The notes under the pieces are model-generated. The model was not told the origin of the DNA. It saw only the letters and a list, made by a program, of their open reading frames with translations, and did not search any database. This document shows, one piece after another, positions 9,053-18,375 of a stretch of 64,000 bases of DNA. The stretch lies in the NCBI GenBank assembly GCA_963749155.1, contig CAVVLO010000001.1:224001-288000 (forward strand), read 5' to 3'. A program made the translations under genes and the position numbers. Position 1 is the stretch's first letter. Every line of letters begins with the position of its first letter. Source of the stretch: an uncultured Armatimonadia bacterium (lineage in GTDB: Bacteria > Armatimonadota > Zipacnadia > CAVVLO01).

Positions 9053-10255
9053 ATGAAAGCACCAAAGCAGCACTTGGCACTCCTCATCATTCTGTTAATA
9101 GGGTTGTCTCTCCTAGTCACGCTGCCCGGTTGTCGGCACTCAGACAGTCGACCACCAAACCACCCCATATTACAGCAGCAAGGGCCGCCGCCCACACTGC
9201 CGCCCTTCGCCGTGAAGGGCAACAGCAGTGACTTCAGGACCGTCCAGTTCGTCCCCACGCTCGATACTCCACTGGAGGGGAGTATAAACGCCATCTGGTG
9301 CGCTTCTTTCGAGCTGGCCTGGCGGCAGTTGATAGATGAAGTACTGAAAGAGCCTGTGAAGCTTGTGCCCGAGAAGCCCATCGTTACGCGCTTGAACGCC
9401 TCGCCCTTCTCCAAGAGCTGGCTGCCGGACGGCAACTGGTTCGCAGTGGCAGGATACGTGGATGAGGGCATCCTCCAACGTATTAAAGACGGGATGAAAG
9501 CGTTTCCTGACGCAACGCCCCCAGATCTCAGTGAGTATGAAAACACACCCTTCCTGGTCACATATGGGTACCTGAGGGGCGATGTGGTGTTCGATAAACC
9601 ATTCCTGAAAGAGGAAGGCAAGCTGAGCTTCACCAGTGCTGGCGGGCAGGCCCAGCCGGTCAAAGCCTTTGGCGTGCTGCGCGACGACTTTGGCCAGGTG
9701 GAGGTGCGCGGCCAGGTGGAGGTGCTGTATAGTTCGACTGCAGGAGACAGCGCGTCTGATGAGTTCGCACTGGACCTGTCCAGAGCTACCGAGCCCTCAC
9801 AGCTTGTTGTGGCGTGTGTGAAGCCCGAGGTTACACTAGGGGCCACTCTGGATGCGCTGGACGCGAAGATCAGCGGCTGGCGGCCGGAGAAGGGACAACG
9901 GGAACTGCGCGACGACGACGACCTGATGGTGCCCACTATGGGACTCTCTCTGCTCCACAGTTACCAGGAGCTACTAGGGCTCAAGCTGGAGAATCCCGTC
10001 AAGATGCAGCACAACCCGGTGCTTCGGGCGGATCAGCTTGTGGACTTCCGCCTAACGAGGTGGGGCGCGCAGTTGTCATCCTACGGTGCAATGGTGGTAG
10101 GTTCAGCAGCCATATCGCATGGCCGCAAGTTCGTCTTCGACCGCCCCTTCCTCGTGTATATGAAGAAGCGCGGGGAGAAGACGCCCTACTTCGCGATGTG
10201 GGTGGCGGACGCAACCTTTATGTATCAGGGGAACAATACTTCTCAGGCACCTTAG
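9053..10255 (+). CDS. Serpin-like exported lipoprotein (tandem copy 1)
   Basis: ATG 9053 after AAGGA; lipobox LPGC. The C-terminus (VDFRLTRWGAQLSS...FVFDRPFLVYMKKRGEKTPYFAMWV) resembles the serpin s5A-hinge-RCL-'F.xDxPF' signature. Confidence 0.6.
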   Translation: MKAPKQHLALLIILLIGLSLLVTLPGCRHSDSRPPNHPILQQQGPPPTLPPFAVKGNSSDFRTVQFVPTLDTPLEGSINAIWCASFELAWRQLIDEVLKEPVKLVPEKPIVTRLNASPFSKSWLPDGNWFAVAGYVDEGILQRIKDGMKAFPDATPPDLSEYENTPFLVTYGYLRGDVVFDKPFLKEEGKLSFTSAGGQAQPVKAFGVLRDDFGQVEVRGQVEVLYSSTAGDSASDEFALDLSRATEPSQLVVACVKPEVTLGATLDALDAKISGWRPEKGQRELRDDDDLMVPTMGLSLLHSYQELLGLKLENPVKMQHNPVLRADQLVDFRLTRWGAQLSSYGAMVVGSAAISHGRKFVFDRPFLVYMKKRGEKTPYFAMWVADATFMYQGNNTSQAP

Positions 10256-10325
10256 GCAGCATACTCTGCGTTCTGGTATAGGGAGACGATACATAAGGAT
10301 GAAGAAAGCTCTGATCGCTGCTCTT
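10145..10325 (+). repeat. 181-bp direct repeat, copy A (3' end of gene 1, spacer, start of gene 2)
   Basis: Matches 11460-11640 with 4 mismatches counted by eye. Confidence 0.95.
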
Positions 10326-11570
10326 ATGTTTTTGGCGATGGTGCTTGTATGTATGGCGGCACTGGCCACCCCACCTGAGCTATTCGACGATGAGGAGGGC
10401 TTAGAAAAGTACCTGGAGGCATGCCAGGCAGCCGAGGATGAGGACGGCTTCGTGGACTTCTTCAAGCTGCCGAGGGAGTACTGGCCGGAAAGGCTGGAGG
10501 GGCTGGTCTTGCCGCCGCTGGCCTTCGATGGCACAACCTGGGGCCTCGAAGATGTGCAGTTCGCGCCCACCTTTGACACAGTCATGGAGTCAGCCAAGAA
10601 TGTTTTATGGTGCGCGACCTTCGAACTGGCGTGGCGCCAGTTGATAGACGAAGTCCTGAAAGAACCTGTGAAGCTCGATCCGCCCAGTCCTGTTGCCGAC
10701 CGGCTGAACGCCTCAAAGACTTCAAGTAAGCAGATACCAGAAGGTCAATGGTTTGCGGCTGCGGGGTTCGAGGACGAAGGCGTACTGGACCGCATCAGTC
10801 AGGGGCTTGCGGCTTTTCCCGGGGCTCAGCAGCCAGACCTCAGCGAGTATGTGAATACTGGTGACCTCATCACCTATTCGTATCTCGCGACAGATGTCAG
10901 GTTCAAGCCGGAGTTCAGCCAGCATGATGATCGCCTGATCTTCACCTCGAGTGATGGCAGCAAGCACAGGGTCAAAGCTTTTGGGCTTACAGAAGAAGAT
11001 TCTTGTTGCGACGACCAGCACGAGTCGGTGCGAGTGCTCTATTGTTCCGAAGAAGGCTCAGGCCAGCCCCGCGAGTTCGCTTTAGACCTGTGCCACTACA
11101 GCAAGCCTAGCCAGGTTGTAATAGCCTGCGTAGAGCCGGCGGGCACACTGGAAGCGACAGTGGCCAGCGTGGAGGAGAAGATCGCCAACTGGCATCCGGA
11201 CGATCTCCTGGCGCGGAAGCTGAGCAACTACGAGCAACTGTTAGTCCCCGATTTGGGCTTCCGCCTCCTTCACAGCTACAAAGAGTTGCTTTTGCATGTG
11301 CTGGCCAATCCAGGAAAGGGTGAGGGATTGTCAATCGTGCGGGCGGAGCAACTGGTCAACTTCCGCCTTACCAAGTATGGCGCGGTGCTATCTTCCTATT
11401 CTATGATGATAGCACTTGGCTACGAGCGGGGCGTAGGCAGGTCCTTTTACTTTGACAAGCCCTTCCTCGTGTATATGAAGAAGCGCGGGGAGAAGACGCC
11501 CTACTTTGCGATGTGGGTGGCGGACGCAACCTTTATGTATCAGGGGAGCAATACTTCTCAGGCACCTTAG
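10299..11570 (+). CDS. Serpin-like secreted protein (tandem copy 2)
   Basis: Signal peptide MKKALIAALMFLAMVLVCMAALA; shared motifs WCA.FELAWRQL and FDKPFLVYMKKRGEKTPYFAMWV. Confidence 0.6.
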   Translation: MKKALIAALMFLAMVLVCMAALATPPELFDDEEGLEKYLEACQAAEDEDGFVDFFKLPREYWPERLEGLVLPPLAFDGTTWGLEDVQFAPTFDTVMESAKNVLWCATFELAWRQLIDEVLKEPVKLDPPSPVADRLNASKTSSKQIPEGQWFAAAGFEDEGVLDRISQGLAAFPGAQQPDLSEYVNTGDLITYSYLATDVRFKPEFSQHDDRLIFTSSDGSKHRVKAFGLTEEDSCCDDQHESVRVLYCSEEGSGQPREFALDLCHYSKPSQVVIACVEPAGTLEATVASVEEKIANWHPDDLLARKLSNYEQLLVPDLGFRLLHSYKELLLHVLANPGKGEGLSIVRAEQLVNFRLTKYGAVLSSYSMMIALGYERGVGRSFYFDKPFLVYMKKRGEKTPYFAMWVADATFMYQGSNTSQAP

Positions 11571-11640
11571 GCAGTATACTCTGAGTTCTGGTATAGGGAG
11601 ACGATACATAAGGATGAAGAAAGCTCTGATCGCTGCTCTT
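11460..11640 (+). repeat. 181-bp direct repeat, copy B (3' end of gene 2, spacer, start of gene 3)
   Basis: Near-identical to 10145-10325. Confidence 0.95.
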
Positions 11641-12990
11641 CTTCTGCTACCAGCGTTGCTCCTGGTACTGCCAGGCTGCCAGCAGTCAACGAGCCGATCG
11701 CCCCAGCAGCCCGTGGCACTAACGCTTCAACAGCCCGAGCTGGGCTCTCCTCTGGGGGGGCATGAGAAGAACAACCTGCGGCTGGTGAGTGGCAGCGAAG
11801 AACGGCGCGTATATAGCATGGAGGCCCTCGATGCTATCGCTGATGCCATGGATGAGTATGGCCATATAGACTGGTCCAGGGTGCCTGCCGAGTATGTGCC
11901 CGAGTCGGTGCGCGAAGCCAAGCTGCCCCCGCCTGCCGTCTCGGGCAACAGCCAGACCTACCCGACGGTGCGGTTCTGCCCGACGTTGTCCAGTTCCTTC
12001 GATCCCAAGAGAAATGCGCTGTGGTGCGCGTCCTTCCAACTCGCCTGGCAGCAGTTGTCAGACGAAGTGCTGAAGGGGCCGGTGAAGGTTGTCCCAGCCA
12101 ACCCAGTCGTTGATGAGTTGAATGCGGCGCCGTTTTCAAAGATGTGGATTCCCGATGGCTGCGCTTTCGCCGCCGCTGGTTATGGAGATAAGGGCATCGT
12201 TAAGCGGATTGAAGAGGGGATGAAAGCTTTCCCAGACGCTAACGTGCCGAATTTCAAAGAGTATAAAGGGAAAAAGTGTCTAGTTTCTTTCGGTTACCTT
12301 ACGAGCGATGTCCTTTTCCGGGCGCCCTTCTTGGACAAGCCGACTGGACTGGATTTCACCGCACTGGATGGCACTGTTTGGCCGGTCAAGGGGTTCGGAG
12401 TGCTGCAGAAGGATTATGGGCGCGTATACGAGCGCGAGCAAGTGACCGTGTTGTACTACGCATCGTCAACGGACAACCAGCCTGCCGAGTTCGCGCTGGA
12501 CCTGTGCAAGTATTCGCAACCGAGCCAGCTTGTGGTGGCTTGCGTGAAACCTGAAGCCACGCTCCAGGCCACTCTCGAGGCCCTCGAAGCGAAGATGAAG
12601 GGCTGGAATCCAGAGGAGGAGAAGGACCGCCATCTGCAGGACGAGGACGACCTGCTTGTGCCGACGCTGGGATTGTCTCTGTTGCACTCGTATGACGAGA
12701 TTCTGGGCGCCATGCTGGCCAATCCGGTCAGGGGGCAAGGGTGGCCCTTTGTGCGCGCCGAGCAGAAGGTAGACTTCCTCCTGACGCGTTGGGGCGCGCA
12801 GCTGTCTTCATATGGTGTAGACGTGGCACTGTGTGCCACGATGCACCAGTACCGACACTTTGTCTTCGACCGCCCCTTCCTCGTGTATATGAAGAAGCGC
12901 GGGGAGAAGACGCCCTACTTCGCGATGTGGGTGGCGGACACAACTTTTATGTATCCGCAGGAGCCGGTCGAGGAGCCGGCCACTCAGTAG
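11614..12990 (+). CDS. Serpin-like exported lipoprotein (tandem copy 3)
   Basis: ATG 11614 after AAGG; lipobox LPGC; same serpin-like C-terminal motif. Confidence 0.6.
   Translation: MKKALIAALLLLPALLLVLPGCQQSTSRSPQQPVALTLQQPELGSPLGGHEKNNLRLVSGSEERRVYSMEALDAIADAMDEYGHIDWSRVPAEYVPESVREAKLPPPAVSGNSQTYPTVRFCPTLSSSFDPKRNALWCASFQLAWQQLSDEVLKGPVKVVPANPVVDELNAAPFSKMWIPDGCAFAAAGYGDKGIVKRIEEGMKAFPDANVPNFKEYKGKKCLVSFGYLTSDVLFRAPFLDKPTGLDFTALDGTVWPVKGFGVLQKDYGRVYEREQVTVLYYASSTDNQPAEFALDLCKYSQPSQLVVACVKPEATLQATLEALEAKMKGWNPEEEKDRHLQDEDDLLVPTLGLSLLHSYDEILGAMLANPVRGQGWPFVRAEQKVDFLLTRWGAQLSSYGVDVALCATMHQYRHFVFDRPFLVYMKKRGEKTPYFAMWVADTTFMYPQEPVEEPATQ
12862..12955 (+). repeat. Partial third copy of the junction repeat (coding part only)
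   Basis: GTCTTCGACCGCCCCTTCCTCGTGTATATGAAGAAGCGCGGGGAGAAGACGCCCTACTTCGCGATGTGGGTGGCGGAC... is nearly identical to 10133-10226 and diverges after TATGTATC. Confidence 0.9.
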
Positions 12991-13310
12991 TTGAAGCGCG
13001 ACAAGGTCTGGAAAAACAGCGCCAGCCAGGGCGAGGAGAAGATCATCACCAGGCTGAGGCCAATGCCGTAGCGGTCCCAGATGTCCATATCCTTGCGGAA
13101 ATCAGCGATCGAGGCATGCCGGCCATGACGCCAGGCGATGGCGTCACCACTGCGGGCCAGGATGTAACCGGCCAGGATTGGGCCGATGAAAGGCAAGGCG
13201 CAGAAGAGGACAAGCGCGGCCAGTCCCTCCAGCCAGGCACGGTGGAAGAAAGCCCACATAAAGGAAAGCCCGAAGGCGCCCCAGTTCCAGCTACGCAGCA
13301 CACGAGCCAC
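12984..13310 (-). CDS. Small membrane protein, DUF2628-like
   Basis: GTG 13310 after AGGAGGAGG; WNWGAFGLSFMWAFF motif; hydrophobic segments. Confidence 0.6.
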   Translation of the reverse strand: MARVLRSWNWGAFGLSFMWAFFHRAWLEGLAALVLFCALPFIGPILAGYILARSGDAIAWRHGRHASIADFRKDMDIWDRYGIGLSLVMIFSSPWLALFFQTLSRFNY

Positions 13311-13314
13311 GTGG

Positions 13315-13899
13315 CTAGCCCTCCTCCTGGGCCCGCTCATCGGCCTCGATGAGGAAAGGCAGCAGTTCTTCTGGTTCGGGCAAGGCTTCTCCTTCGAGCG
13401 CGGGGAGCCTCGGTAGCTCCTCCAGAGTGGACAAGCCCAGCGCCTGAAGGAAGAGTTCGGTCGTGCCATAGAGCCGGGGCTTGCCTGGCGCATCTTTGCG
13501 CCCCACTGTGCGGATAAGTCCGCGGCGCTCCAGCCGGTCGACCAGATAGGCCGAATTTACCCCGCGCAGTTCTTCAACTTCGGGCCTGGTAATAGGCTGG
13601 CGATACGCGATGATGGCGAGCGTGACCATAGCGGCGGGGGAAAGACGCGCCGGCGGGCGGGAGAGGAACTTCTCGACCCAGAGGGCTACCTCGGGCCGGG
13701 TTACCAGTCGCCAAAGGCCGTTGAGGGAGACAACCTGCAGCCCTCCCTCGTGCGAGAGGCGTTCTCTAAGAAGGGCCAGGCCCTCGGAGACCTCTTCTTC
13801 GGGCAGCTCGAAAAGCTGGGCGAGCTGTTCGAGGCTTGCGCCCTCTTCCGAAACAAACAGTACGGCCTCAAGAGCCGCCGAGAGCTTCTCAGCTTCCAC
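13315..13899 (-). CDS. scpB: SMC-Scp complex subunit ScpB
   Basis: LEAVLFVS, LS.AA..TLAIIAYRQPITR.EVE.LRGVNS, PG.P.LYGTT..FL..LGL; GTG 13899 after GAGGAGG. Confidence 0.95.
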   Translation of the reverse strand: MEAEKLSAALEAVLFVSEEGASLEQLAQLFELPEEEVSEGLALLRERLSHEGGLQVVSLNGLWRLVTRPEVALWVEKFLSRPPARLSPAAMVTLAIIAYRQPITRPEVEELRGVNSAYLVDRLERRGLIRTVGRKDAPGKPRLYGTTELFLQALGLSTLEELPRLPALEGEALPEPEELLPFLIEADERAQEEG

Positions 13900-14671
13900 T
13901 ACGAGCGCCTCCTCGGCGGGGAGTAACCTCAATCGGCGCGAAAGGCGCCTCTTGCTCGGCGCGCGCCTCGCGCATAAATACCATATGGACGAGTGCCAGG
14001 AAATACGCGGCCACTCTGCCAGGGCCTGGCTCGGGACCAAGCAACTCTTCGAAGCGGCGCGCGGCCCGGTGCCCTGCGAAAAGCTGGCGTAGCTCGCTGA
14101 CCGCCCCGGTCAGAGAAAACTCTTCTTCCGGAAGCACGGCCTCACGGGGGACGCGCGACTCCATCAGATCAGCAAAAGCCTCGAGCAAGTGCCTGAGGCT
14201 CAGCCGGTCCAGGTCATATTCGGCCTCTGGCTCGGCTTCGGCCACCTGGCGACGATAGGTGCGCCCGAAAGTCTCAAAGCGCGCGCCAAGGAACTGGCCA
14301 ACTTCCGAATAGCGCTCATATTCGGCTATCTGCAGCAGCAGCGCCTTGCGCGTGCGCTCGTAATCTTCAGCTTCATCCTCGGTCGCTTCGCTTGGCGCCT
14401 GGGGCAGCAGGCCGCGCGACTTGAGGTAGAGCAGCGTAGCAGCCATCACTACGAAGGCTGAAGTTACCTCGACCTCGAAAGCTTCGGCCTCGCGCAGGTA
14501 TTCGAGATACTGATCGCAGATCTCGGCCAACGGTAGTTCGTCGAGGGGTACCTGCTTCTTGCGGACCAGATGAACCAGCAGATCAAGTGGGCCCTCGAAG
14601 GCCGCCAGCCTCACGGGGAAGCCGACATAACCAAGCTCGGAGAAGCTTCTCTGCTCTTCGACGGCCGCCAT
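13889..14671 (-). CDS. scpA: Segregation and condensation protein ScpA
   Basis: FEGPLDLL..L, I.DQYL.YL, F.VMAATLLYLKSR.LLP, FLAL.......Q..PF..I. Confidence 0.93.
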   Translation of the reverse strand: MAAVEEQRSFSELGYVGFPVRLAAFEGPLDLLVHLVRKKQVPLDELPLAEICDQYLEYLREAEAFEVEVTSAFVVMAATLLYLKSRGLLPQAPSEATEDEAEDYERTRKALLLQIAEYERYSEVGQFLGARFETFGRTYRRQVAEAEPEAEYDLDRLSLRHLLEAFADLMESRVPREAVLPEEEFSLTGAVSELRQLFAGHRAARRFEELLGPEPGPGRVAAYFLALVHMVFMREARAEQEAPFAPIEVTPRRGGARSGS

Positions 14672-14678
14672 CGGGGCG

Positions 14679-15677
14679 CTAGCTCGACCTCGCCAGGTTC
14701 AATTTGGACCGGACTTCTTCCAGTGTGGCCTCGGCCACATCGCGACTTTTGGCGCTGCCAGCCTCGAGGATATCCCAGACCTCGCCTGGGCGCTGGGCCC
14801 AGTAGGCCTGTTTTTCCTGGATAGGCGCAAGCCGCTCGGACAGCAGTTGCATAAGCTGCTTCTTGCAAGCAACGCACCCAAGTCCGCCAGCCTGGCATTC
14901 CTTTTTAAGTTCAGCGACTTCCTCGGCGGGGGAGTAGACTTCCCTGAAGGCGAACACCGCGCACCCTTCCGGGTGGCCAGGATCGTCTTTCCGCAGCTTG
15001 GTCGGATCGGTGAACATACTGTTGACTTTCTCCTGCAGCGCCTTGGCGTCATCGGCCAGGTAGATGGCGTTGTCGAGGGACTTGCTCATCTTCTTCTGGC
15101 CATCGAGGCCCACGATGCGCGCGGTCGTCGTAACCAGAGCCTGCGGCTCGGGGAAGGTGTCACCATAAATATAGTTGAATCTCCGCGCAATCTCGCGGGT
15201 GATCTCCAGATGAGGGATCTGGTCCTCTCCAACTGGTACACAGTCAGACTTGTAGACCAGGATGTCCGCTGCCTGCAGCACAGGATAACCGAGCAGGCCA
15301 TAAGAGGCGTTCTCGCGCAGGTCCAGTTCGCGCAGCCACTCCTTATAGGTGGGGCAACGCTCCAGCCAGCCAAGGGGAGTAATCATCGAGAGCAGCAGAT
15401 GAAGCTCGGCGTGCTGCGGTACCCGCGACTGGATCATCAGCGTCGAGACCTCGGGCTCCAGCCCGACGCTCAACCAGTCGATAGTGACGCCGAGGATGTT
15501 CTCCTGCAGGTCTTCGACCTTCTGATAGCCAGTGGTAAGCATATGCCAGTCGGCGATGCCGAATACGCAGTCATACTCGTGCTGCAGCTTCACCCAGTTG
15601 GAGAGAGCCCCTTCGAGATTGCCCAGGTGAAGTCGGCCGGTCGGCCTCATTCCGGAAAAGATACGTCCTTTTGCCAA
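14679..15677 (-). CDS. trpS: Tryptophan--tRNA ligase
   Basis: SGMRPTGRLHLGN, YPVLQAADIL, VPVGEDQ..H.E..R.IA, KMSKS. Confidence 0.97.
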   Translation of the reverse strand: MAKGRIFSGMRPTGRLHLGNLEGALSNWVKLQHEYDCVFGIADWHMLTTGYQKVEDLQENILGVTIDWLSVGLEPEVSTLMIQSRVPQHAELHLLLSMITPLGWLERCPTYKEWLRELDLRENASYGLLGYPVLQAADILVYKSDCVPVGEDQIPHLEITREIARRFNYIYGDTFPEPQALVTTTARIVGLDGQKKMSKSLDNAIYLADDAKALQEKVNSMFTDPTKLRKDDPGHPEGCAVFAFREVYSPAEEVAELKKECQAGGLGCVACKKQLMQLLSERLAPIQEKQAYWAQRPGEVWDILEAGSAKSRDVAEATLEEVRSKLNLARSS

Positions 15678-15712
15678 ATCGAGTCACTCCTGCATCGGAA
15701 AAGATCTCGCCT

Positions 15713-15741
15713 ATTCTATGCCGGCAGGCCCGTTCGCGCAA
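15713..15741 (-). promoter_or_regulatory. Putative sigma70 promoter for trpS-scpA-scpB
   Basis: Minus strand TTGCGC-17 nt-TAGAAT about 35 nt upstream of the trpS start. Confidence 0.5.
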
Positions 15742-15748
15742 ATCCGGG

Positions 15749-18359
15749 TTAGCGTTTGCGGGCGGCTAGCTCGCGCCTGGCCAGTTCCAGTTCCGCGTCT
15801 TTGCCTGCGGCTTCACCATCGAGCCGGGCAGCGCGCAGCCTGTCCAGCAGGTCGCCAACCTCTGGCCCCTCGGGCAGCCCGAGCGCGAGCAGCTCTTCTC
15901 CGGTGACCTCGCCCTTGATATGGCGCCACTCGTAAAGGTAACGCTCGATCTTGTCGACCTTGCGAGAGCCCTGGCGATTCAGGGCATCGAGGTAGAGAAC
16001 TGTCAGCAGGTCGAACCTTTCCAGCAGCAGAGTGATCTCGCTTGGGCGATCGATATTGGAAAGGGTCTCAAGAGTCTCCAGCGCGCGTCCAAGCTGGGCC
16101 AGCACAACCACTGCGCGCTTGGACATCGAGAGCCTGGCCGCCATATGGAGTACGGCAGTCTCCTCGACCCCCTTCACCAGGGGCAGCAGATAAACCAGCC
16201 AGCGATCCTCCAGCGGGGCCTCCATCCGGCGCTCCCAGATTTCGACCACCGTGCTGATAATCCCAAGCTCTGCCAGGCGAGCCTCATCGAAGTGGAGGGC
16301 CGGATCCACGAAACGCAGCACGTCAAGATGGGCCATCCGGTGGATAGCGGGGACAGGATTCATCTCGCTAAGAATGAGAATCAACTCGTCGCGCACTCTG
16401 GGGCCGGAAAGTCGCGCCAGCAGGTCTTCCTCCCGCGCGTGGACGATAAGCTGCTCGGTATGGGGATCCATCCGGAAACCAAGCCTCTGCTCGAACCGGA
16501 TGGCGCGAAGGATGCGGGTTGGGTCTTCAACGAAGCTGAGACTGTGCAACACGCGCACAACCCCGCTGGCCAGGTCTTCGCGCCCCCCATAATAATCTAC
16601 CAGATTGCCAAAAAACTCCTGGTTGAGGCTGACCGCCATCGCGTTGATGGTGAAATCGCGCCTGGAGAGGTCTTCCTTCACAGAGGCCATCTGGACGGTC
16701 GGCAGGGCGCCAGGTTCATCGTAGTATTCGGCCCGCGCGCTCGCTACATCGAGCTTGAAGCCTCCAGGCAGGCTGACGACAGCGGTCATAAACTTGTCGT
16801 GGTGAGCGACCTTGCCCAGGAGACGCTTGCCCAGGCTTCGGGCGAAAGCGATCCCATCCCCCTCGACCAGCAAATCTACATCATAGTTGGGCTCGTAGAG
16901 CAGCAGGTCGCGCACGAAACCCCCGACCAGATAGACGTTGGCCTGCTTCTCGTCAGCAAGCTGGCCTGCCCGCTCGAGGACTTCCATCACATTGCGCGGC
17001 AGATGGCGCCAGCCTCGATCAGGCACCTTCTGCGGCAAGGCGCTGGGCAGGGGATATTCGCCGACATAGGTGGCTCCGTGCAAGGCGCGCAGTAGCTCGC
17101 CTCGCGTAACAACGCCGACTACCTGGGCCTCTTCAAGGACTGGTACCCGGCTAGCGTCGTTGTGCACCATCAAGCCGCTCCAGCGTGCGTAGAGAAGCAT
17201 CGGGGGGCGCGGTAGTGACCTTGCGGTTCGCGAAACTGCGCACGGGCGCCCGCATCAACTTGTGATACCGGGCCTTCTCCACATCGCGCTGGTCGATGGT
17301 GCCCAGCAGTTCTTCTCCATCCATCACAAGTAGCGTGTCGACCCCATGACGCATCAATTCGACCGCGGCGGCGCCCATCGTGATCTCGGGGCCGATGGAA
17401 TAGGCCGGACTGCTCATAATGTCGCGCGCCACCACCAGGGGGCGCACGCGCTCATGGATGGCGGCGATCAGGCGTTCCTCCACTTCATCGAGGGAAGTTG
17501 CCTCGAACCTGGCCGAACCTGCCCGGTGATGCCCGCCTCCGCCCAGAGGTTCCAAAATCGAGTTGATTGCGATGCTGTTGCTCTTGCTGCGACCCACGAT
17601 ATAGCAGGTCTGATCGCTCTGGGTCAGCGTGAAGACGGCATCGACGTTCTCAAGATCGCACAGCTTGTGGGTGAGATAGGCTATCTCGTCAACATAACCT
17701 GGCGCCTCGGCGCGCGCGACGGCCAGGCTAGCTCCGTGGACGGAGAGATAGCGCGTATGCTGCACGAGCTCGTTCAGCAGGCGACGCTGGTCGGGCGTCA
17801 GGGCGCGTTCTATGAAACCTGAGACCACATCCAGGTTGGCTCCTTGTGCAAGCAACCAGGCGGCAGCCTCAAGGTCGTCTGGAGTGGTGCTGCTGAAGGT
17901 GAAACTGCCTGTATCCTCGTAAAGACCTAGTGAGAAAAGGGTCGCCTCGAAGGGAGTCAGCTTGATGCGGCGCCGCTTGAGTTCGCGCGCAAGCAGGGTG
18001 ATAGTGGCCCCGACCGGCTCGATAGTGACGTGAGGCGTATCAATCACATCCACTTCCGCAGGATGGTGGTCGAAGAGGTAGACGGTAACATCCGGATCCA
18101 GCACGCGCTGCCGCAGGTCGGCCAGGCGGTCAGCGTGGTGGGTATCTACGACGATGATCGTGTTGAAACGCTCTGGCTCGTCGAAGGGGCTTGATTCGAG
18201 TTCGGGCAGCTTGCCCTGATGCAGAGTGACGAATTCGCGGACATTGCGCTCCAGCCCACCTGCGATGGAGATAAAGGCTCCCGGCCACAGCTTGGCAGCC
18301 GCCACCGCTGAGGCCAGCGCGTCAAAATCCACCGACTTGTGAGTGATTATGGCCTGCAT
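15749..18359 (-). CDS. DHH-DHHA1-CBS-fused tRNA nucleotidyltransferase (CCA- or A-adding); one frameshift near 17172
   Basis: 17151-18359 encodes DHH (THK..DFD, DHH, EDTGSF, GGGH..A) and CBS. 15749-17200 encodes the rest of CBS plus the NTase (VGGFVRDLL, DVD, RRDFTINAMA, EDPTRILRAIRF). Removing one base at ...CGGCTTGATGG joins the halves. Confidence 0.85.
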
Positions 18360-18375
18360 CCGGCCACCTGGGCGC

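Noticed and set aside
10250..10300. Spacer in the serpin-like array as an integron attC site (CTTAGGC resembles GTTAGGC)
   Set aside because: No RYYYAAC...GTTRRRY pair, only a weak palindrome, and no integrase in the window.
10145..12955. Junction repeats as DGR template/variable repeats or as a CRISPR array
   Set aside because: Mismatches are few and not confined to adenines, there is no reverse transcriptase or cas gene in the window, and unit and spacing are gene-sized.
15678..15748. T-box leader for trpS
   Set aside because: Only about 70 bp of intergenic space, with a promoter-like sequence inside it; no T-box motif seen.
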